A DNA stretch of 64,000 bases, from assembly GCF_009914755.1 (NCBI RefSeq), contig NC_060930.1; one strand, 5' to 3'. Positions within the stretch are counted from its first letter, which is position 1, and each line of letters starts with the position of its first letter. This DNA is from the human T2T-CHM13v2.0 reference genome, Homo sapiens. The notes beneath the pieces were generated by a model that worked only from the letters and a program-made list of their open reading frames with translations, had not been told where the DNA came from and searched no databases. A program made the position numbers and the translations under genes. Below, piece after piece: positions 59,111-64,000 of this stretch.

Positions 59111-59453
59111 AACTAATATCCCTAGAATAAAGAGTTCTTAGAAATCACCGAGAAAATTATAACAAAAAAGACAAATGAGCCAAGGATATGTGCTGGCAGG
59201 CTGGCAATTTTTAGGCAAACATATGAAAATAGTATACATATGTAAAGATTCTCAACCTCCGTAATCTAAATTGAAACAACGAGCTATAATTTTTTTGTAT
59301 CCTATGGGCTAAACTCAAAAGATTGTTAATATCCAGTTTTGATGACAGTATAGACTATTGAAAACAGTAACTGGTGAAACATTTTTGGAAGGCAATTTGG
59401 CAAAATATAATCAAAATGTAAATGTTTTTGGCTTTTGATTTAGTAATTCCACT

Positions 59454-59621
59454 TTTTTTTTTTTTTTTTAAAAGATATTGAGCAAGGCTCTGTCACCCAG
59501 GCTGGAGTGCTGTGGCACTATCCTAGTTCCTTGCAGCTTTGAATTCCTGGGCTCAAGCAATCCTCCCACCTCAGCCTCCCAAGTAGATGGAATTACAAGC
59601 CACAGGTCACTGATTCTGGCC
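59454..59621 (-). mobile_element. FRAM / Alu right monomer
   Basis: TSD aattccacttt. Confidence 0.85.
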
Positions 59622-59971
59622 TGACTTAGAAATTCCACTTTTATGAAAAAAATCTCACACCCACAAGTGAGAAAAAGTTTATATAAAGATGTTCTTCGAG
59701 ACAGTGTTTACGATACCAAAAAATAAAACAATCTGGATGTAATTCACATGTCCATTAATATAGGATTGGTTATGGTTCAGTGAAACAATAAAATGCACCT
59801 TTTGAAGGAATGACCTGATATGGAAATAGAATGCACTGCATGGAAATATGTCTATTGTTAGGTGGAAAAAATAAGTTGCAAGGCAGAATGCATAGAATAA
59901 TTATAAACCATTTACATGTTAGGACATGAATAAAAGTTACGCTGAATATAAATCAACCTGTTAGTAATGGT

Positions 59972-60463
59972 TGAATGGTAAACAGACTTGATAGCAATAA
60001 CTTAACCATACTCTTAAAATGACGCTGCATGGCAGACACACCTGAATGTGTGTTCTGATGTGGGGAATCCAGGAGGGGCAAGCTGAGAAATGCATTCAGT
60101 GTGTATAAGGAACATCTGAACCCCAGCTCATCCCATAGAACATGGGCCATACAGGGGATCAAGACCCCGAGTTTTGGATTGAGTGAAGATTCCCAGGTGG
60201 AGGTTGTTAGGGGAAAGTGCTAAGTAGCAATGCTATATAAACTGCATACTTTTTGCAAGCAATTGCAGTTCTTCTGCCCAGCCCACTGCCACTGGACTGT
60301 AGATAAAGTGGTTCTCCTGCCCAGTCTGCTACCACTGGACTCTCTTCCCTGTATTTAAGCCCCCAGTAAGACCCCATGTCTCATTTACCAGTTCTGGGTC
60401 TCTTCTTCAGCTTCTTCAACCTGGTGCCATCCCCATTGCAGTTGACAGGGGGTTAGCACAAAA
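59972..60463 (+). mobile_element. ERVL-class solo LTR (LTR32/LTR47-like)
   Basis: tagcaataacttaa..ggcagacacacctgaatgtgtg; TATA (ctatataaac); 5-bp TSD ATGGT. Confidence 0.7.
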
Positions 60464-61070
60464 ATGGTCATTCTGAGATGTGGGATTCGTGGGACTTTGA
60501 CTTTTTATTTTACATATTTTTGTATTGTTTGAATTTTGCAAAACAAGCAATTTTTACATAAAATTTTATATCAGAAGAAGAGTATAAAATCGTGGACTGT
60601 GATTAATATATTTGTTTAAGAATTGGTCAAGCTTTTATTTATACTGGGTAAATTTGGTTTAAATTTATCTCTACATAAAAAAATTAACTCTGAGTCATGG
60701 GTAAAACATTCTCCCCCTCAAGATGAATGAATAAATGAATGAATGAATGAATTAGTAAATAAGAGATTTTTTTCTCTCAGGCCTCTTGTTGACTGATGAA
60801 TTTCTCTCTCTTACTAAATGTGCTTAAATTAGAGAGTTCCTCTTTTTCAGGATTCTCTGCCAAAAATGAAACTTTGTCCCTTTGTACTTTCAATTCGTGT
60901 CTCTGCTAAGTATCCTGAAGTTCCTTTTCATTTTGGTTTACATAATATCCAAATAGATCCATTAACTAACACTTTCATTTGGGGAAGAGAGATCGGTAGG
61001 TAAAATGAATTTATATTAGAGATAGAAATTCCTCTACGGCTGTTTCTCTTGGATAATATCATTTCCCTGA

Positions 61071-61392
<322 letters not shown>

Positions 61393-61456
61393 AACTTCCA
61401 GTCTTTTAACACCACTCCAATGCATAGTGATCACAATATCTTTACATTCTGTAAAA

Positions 61457-61769
61457 GTTTTTTTGTTATTTTGTTTTGTTTTTTTGAGACAGAGTCTTGC
61501 TTTGTCTCTCAGGCTGGAACACAGTAGCACAATCATGGTTCACTGCAGCTTCAGCCTCCCAGGATCAAGCAATCCTCCCACCTCAGCCTCCTGGGTAGCT
61601 GGGACTACAGGTACATACCAACATACTTGTCTAATTTTTTTTTTTTTTTTGTAGAGACAGGGTGTTACTCTCTTGCTCAGGCTGGTCTTGAACACATGGA
61701 CTCAAGCAGTCCTCCTGCCTCAGCCTCCCAAAGTGTTGGGATTACAGGCCTGACCCACCACACCAGCCT
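61457..61769 (-). mobile_element. AluJ
   Basis: TSD taaa.gtttt. Confidence 0.93.
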
Positions 61770-62639
61770 AAAGGTTTTAATTGTTTATTCAGGTTCTGAA
61801 ACATTCAACGCATCTCTGAATCCTGGGTTATTGTTTCTTACATGATTTAAAGCACACGGATAGTGACTAGATTTATAACCAGCAGGTCACGACACCTTAA
61901 TATGTTTTGAGCAACACCTTGTAGCATTGTTAACAGCCTGGCTTTCTTTACTCTTTGTTTCCTTTTTTAGGGGTGAGAGGTAAGATTATAAGAATAAGGT
62001 GATGATTTCATAGTGAAAAGAGAACATGCATATGAGTATAAGCACAGATATGTGTCTACGTGCAGAGAGGCCAGGCTGATGAAGCCCAGATTTCACTTGT
62101 CAGAAATGGCTGCTCAGATGTAGACTATTGGGTAGATAAGACTTTTCCGGCATTTCCTTCACACTATTGGCATTTATTTCACTACACCTTTCCACTCAAC
62201 AATTCTTAGAAAAAAATGTGAACTTGTAATAGATAGCATATATTTATGTTGAATATACTTCCTCACCTTTTTTTTTGAGATGATATTTCTAAGAATAGTC
62301 AGATACATAAAAATTGTCAAGCTTATTACTTAATTGTTTAACAAGGGCTGTCTTCACTAAAAATGATAATGGGACACTAAGTTAAGCATACATTGTAATG
62401 TTATCTCGGCCAATTATCTCCAGCAAAAGTTTGTCACAGAGTGGAGTATCACTTATTTATAAGGCAGAAGAAAATTTTAATCTAATCACCATAGTAAGAA
62501 TTCCTTGACTTGAAATCTTGAGGACACAGGGAAGCAATTTTGCTTTTTTTCTACTGTTGAATGTAGCATATAATTATTGAAAGCCTCTTATATGCTAGTA
62601 GCTAGCATGAATGTAAAGATAAGTAGGATAGAGTCCCAG

Positions 62640-63017
62640 TGTCTTAGTCTATTTAGGGTTGCTAAAAAGAAATACCTGAGGCTGGGTAATTTATAATGAA
62701 AAGAGGTTTATTTGGCTGACAGTGCTGCAGGTGGTATAAGAAGCACGGTGCCAGCATCTGCTTCCAGTGAGGGCTTCAGGCTGTTTCCACTCATGGCGGA
62801 AGGTGTAGGGGAGCCAGGATGTTCAGAGATCACATGGTGGGAGAGGAAGAAAGGGCAGCGGGTGCTCTTTTTAACAACCAGTTCACTCATTACCTCCAAG
62901 ATGACACCAAGCCATCTTTGCCCCCGTGACCCACACACCTCCCATTAGGCCCCTACCTCCCTCACTGGGATCAAATTTCAACATGAGCTTTGAGGGACAA
63001 ACATGCAAATTATAGCA
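62640..63017 (-). mobile_element. MSTB-like solo LTR
   Basis: tgtcttagtctattt..aaatacctgaggctgggtaatttata..attatagca; perfect TSD CCCAG. Confidence 0.9.
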
Positions 63018-63229
63018 CCCAGTGTTTAAGGACATCACCCATGTAACAGGAAATGAAAGCTGCATGAAAGTAGCTATATTATAAAAGAATATACTAGGAA
63101 GGGTATAAGAATGTGTTTTAAGAGGAAGGGCAGAACACATCCAAGAGAGCAGTCATGTAGGAGGGGGTATGTGAGAAGTAAAATAGATGATTAATGTTGT
63201 GTTCTCATGAAATTTGGCTTTCTCTCTTA

Positions 63230-63770
63230 GACCATAAGCTCCACGAGGTTAAGAATCATGTCTCTTTTATCATCTCTCTCCAGCCATCTACACAAGTACC
63301 TAGCACGATACCTGGCACAATTAATGTGGTCATCAATGAATAAAGCAGGGAAAATAGATTAGCATCAAGTGTCTAGTCTGTGCCAGGCCCTTTCCTGGTT
63401 GATCCGTATACAAACCACTGAAGAAGGATTCCTTCAGCTCCTCCACTGACCTCTTTCTCTCTCTCCTCCTCCTCCTCCTTCCTTTTAAACAAAGGAAGAA
63501 ATCACAGCTCAAGGAGTGAATTGACCTAAGATAGGCTGGAGCCTCAGCTATGGAATTAGCCCTGAATTCTCACAGGCTCTGCTTCTTAATGGTTATGTGA
63601 CCTTAGGCAAGTTAATTAACTAGTCTCAGCTTCCTGCTCTTTAAATAGGGTGATAATACTACCACTCGTAGCATTGTAATGAAGGTCATGTCAGATGAGG
63701 TGTATGAAGTGTCTAGGTCCATGCTTGAGACTTAAAATGGTCAGATGGTGTTAGCTGTTATTGACATTGT
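63230..63770. mobile_element. L2 3' end and MIR relics
   Basis: ataagctccacgagg..cctagcacgatacctggcaca (L2); tgtgaccttaggcaagttaattaac..tctcagcttcct (MIR). Confidence 0.7.
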
Positions 63771-64000
63771 TGTCATTGCTAACATTGTCAAACTAGAAAT
63801 AGTATTACCTCCTTCACTAATTTGTCTTAAGGAGTACATTGAGATTTGTGTACTGTGAGAAAGCTTTGTCACCTTACCATGGTCTCAGTAAGGCCCAACA
63901 TTATTCTGTGAAAATATATTTGGCAGTGAGGGAGGTAATCAAAGAGGTTACCTTTGTAGCGTTTACAAAACCAGTTAAACTGGATTGATAATCTAAGGAT

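Larger units (their letters stand above)
57570..60570 (+). mobile_element. Highly diverged L1ME remnant, interrupted by LTRs and an Alu
   Basis: gagtccagaaat..; aatgagccaaggatatg; tttttggaaggcaatttggca; L1ME 3' UTR tail to ~60570. Confidence 0.65.

Overview
This is hominoid (human or great-ape) nuclear DNA, not a microbial window. An SVA element and two to three AluY copies support that call. It is AT-rich, repeat-dominated intronic or intergenic sequence. I count about 45 Alu/FLAM/FRAM copies, several old L1M fragments, one L1PA8-like 3' end, one old-type SVA (A/B-like), many LTRs (THE1, MST with one two-LTR element, MLT1, LTR8A x2, LTR10, MER4E with internal sequence, LTR16, LTR33), DNA transposons (MER2, MER44, MER5, Arthur1-like) and MIR/L2 relics. 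I recognise no protein-coding gene, RNA gene or CRISPR array. Almost all listed ORFs are chance frames through repeats. Points worth a second look: two deeply nested transposon stacks (17.4-25.9 kb and 35.9-38.9 kb); an LTR10 with a 3-unit AP-1 VNTR; an SVA with a microhomology-type internal deletion; a strong CTCF site beside repeat-free DNA at 7.3-8.3 kb; and a repeat-poor block at 51-53.6 kb with a duplicated acceptor-like motif and a candidate minus-strand exon. Subfamily names come from remembered consensus sequences and need RepeatMasker/Dfam confirmation. I cannot support a claim of a new biological system from this sequence alone.
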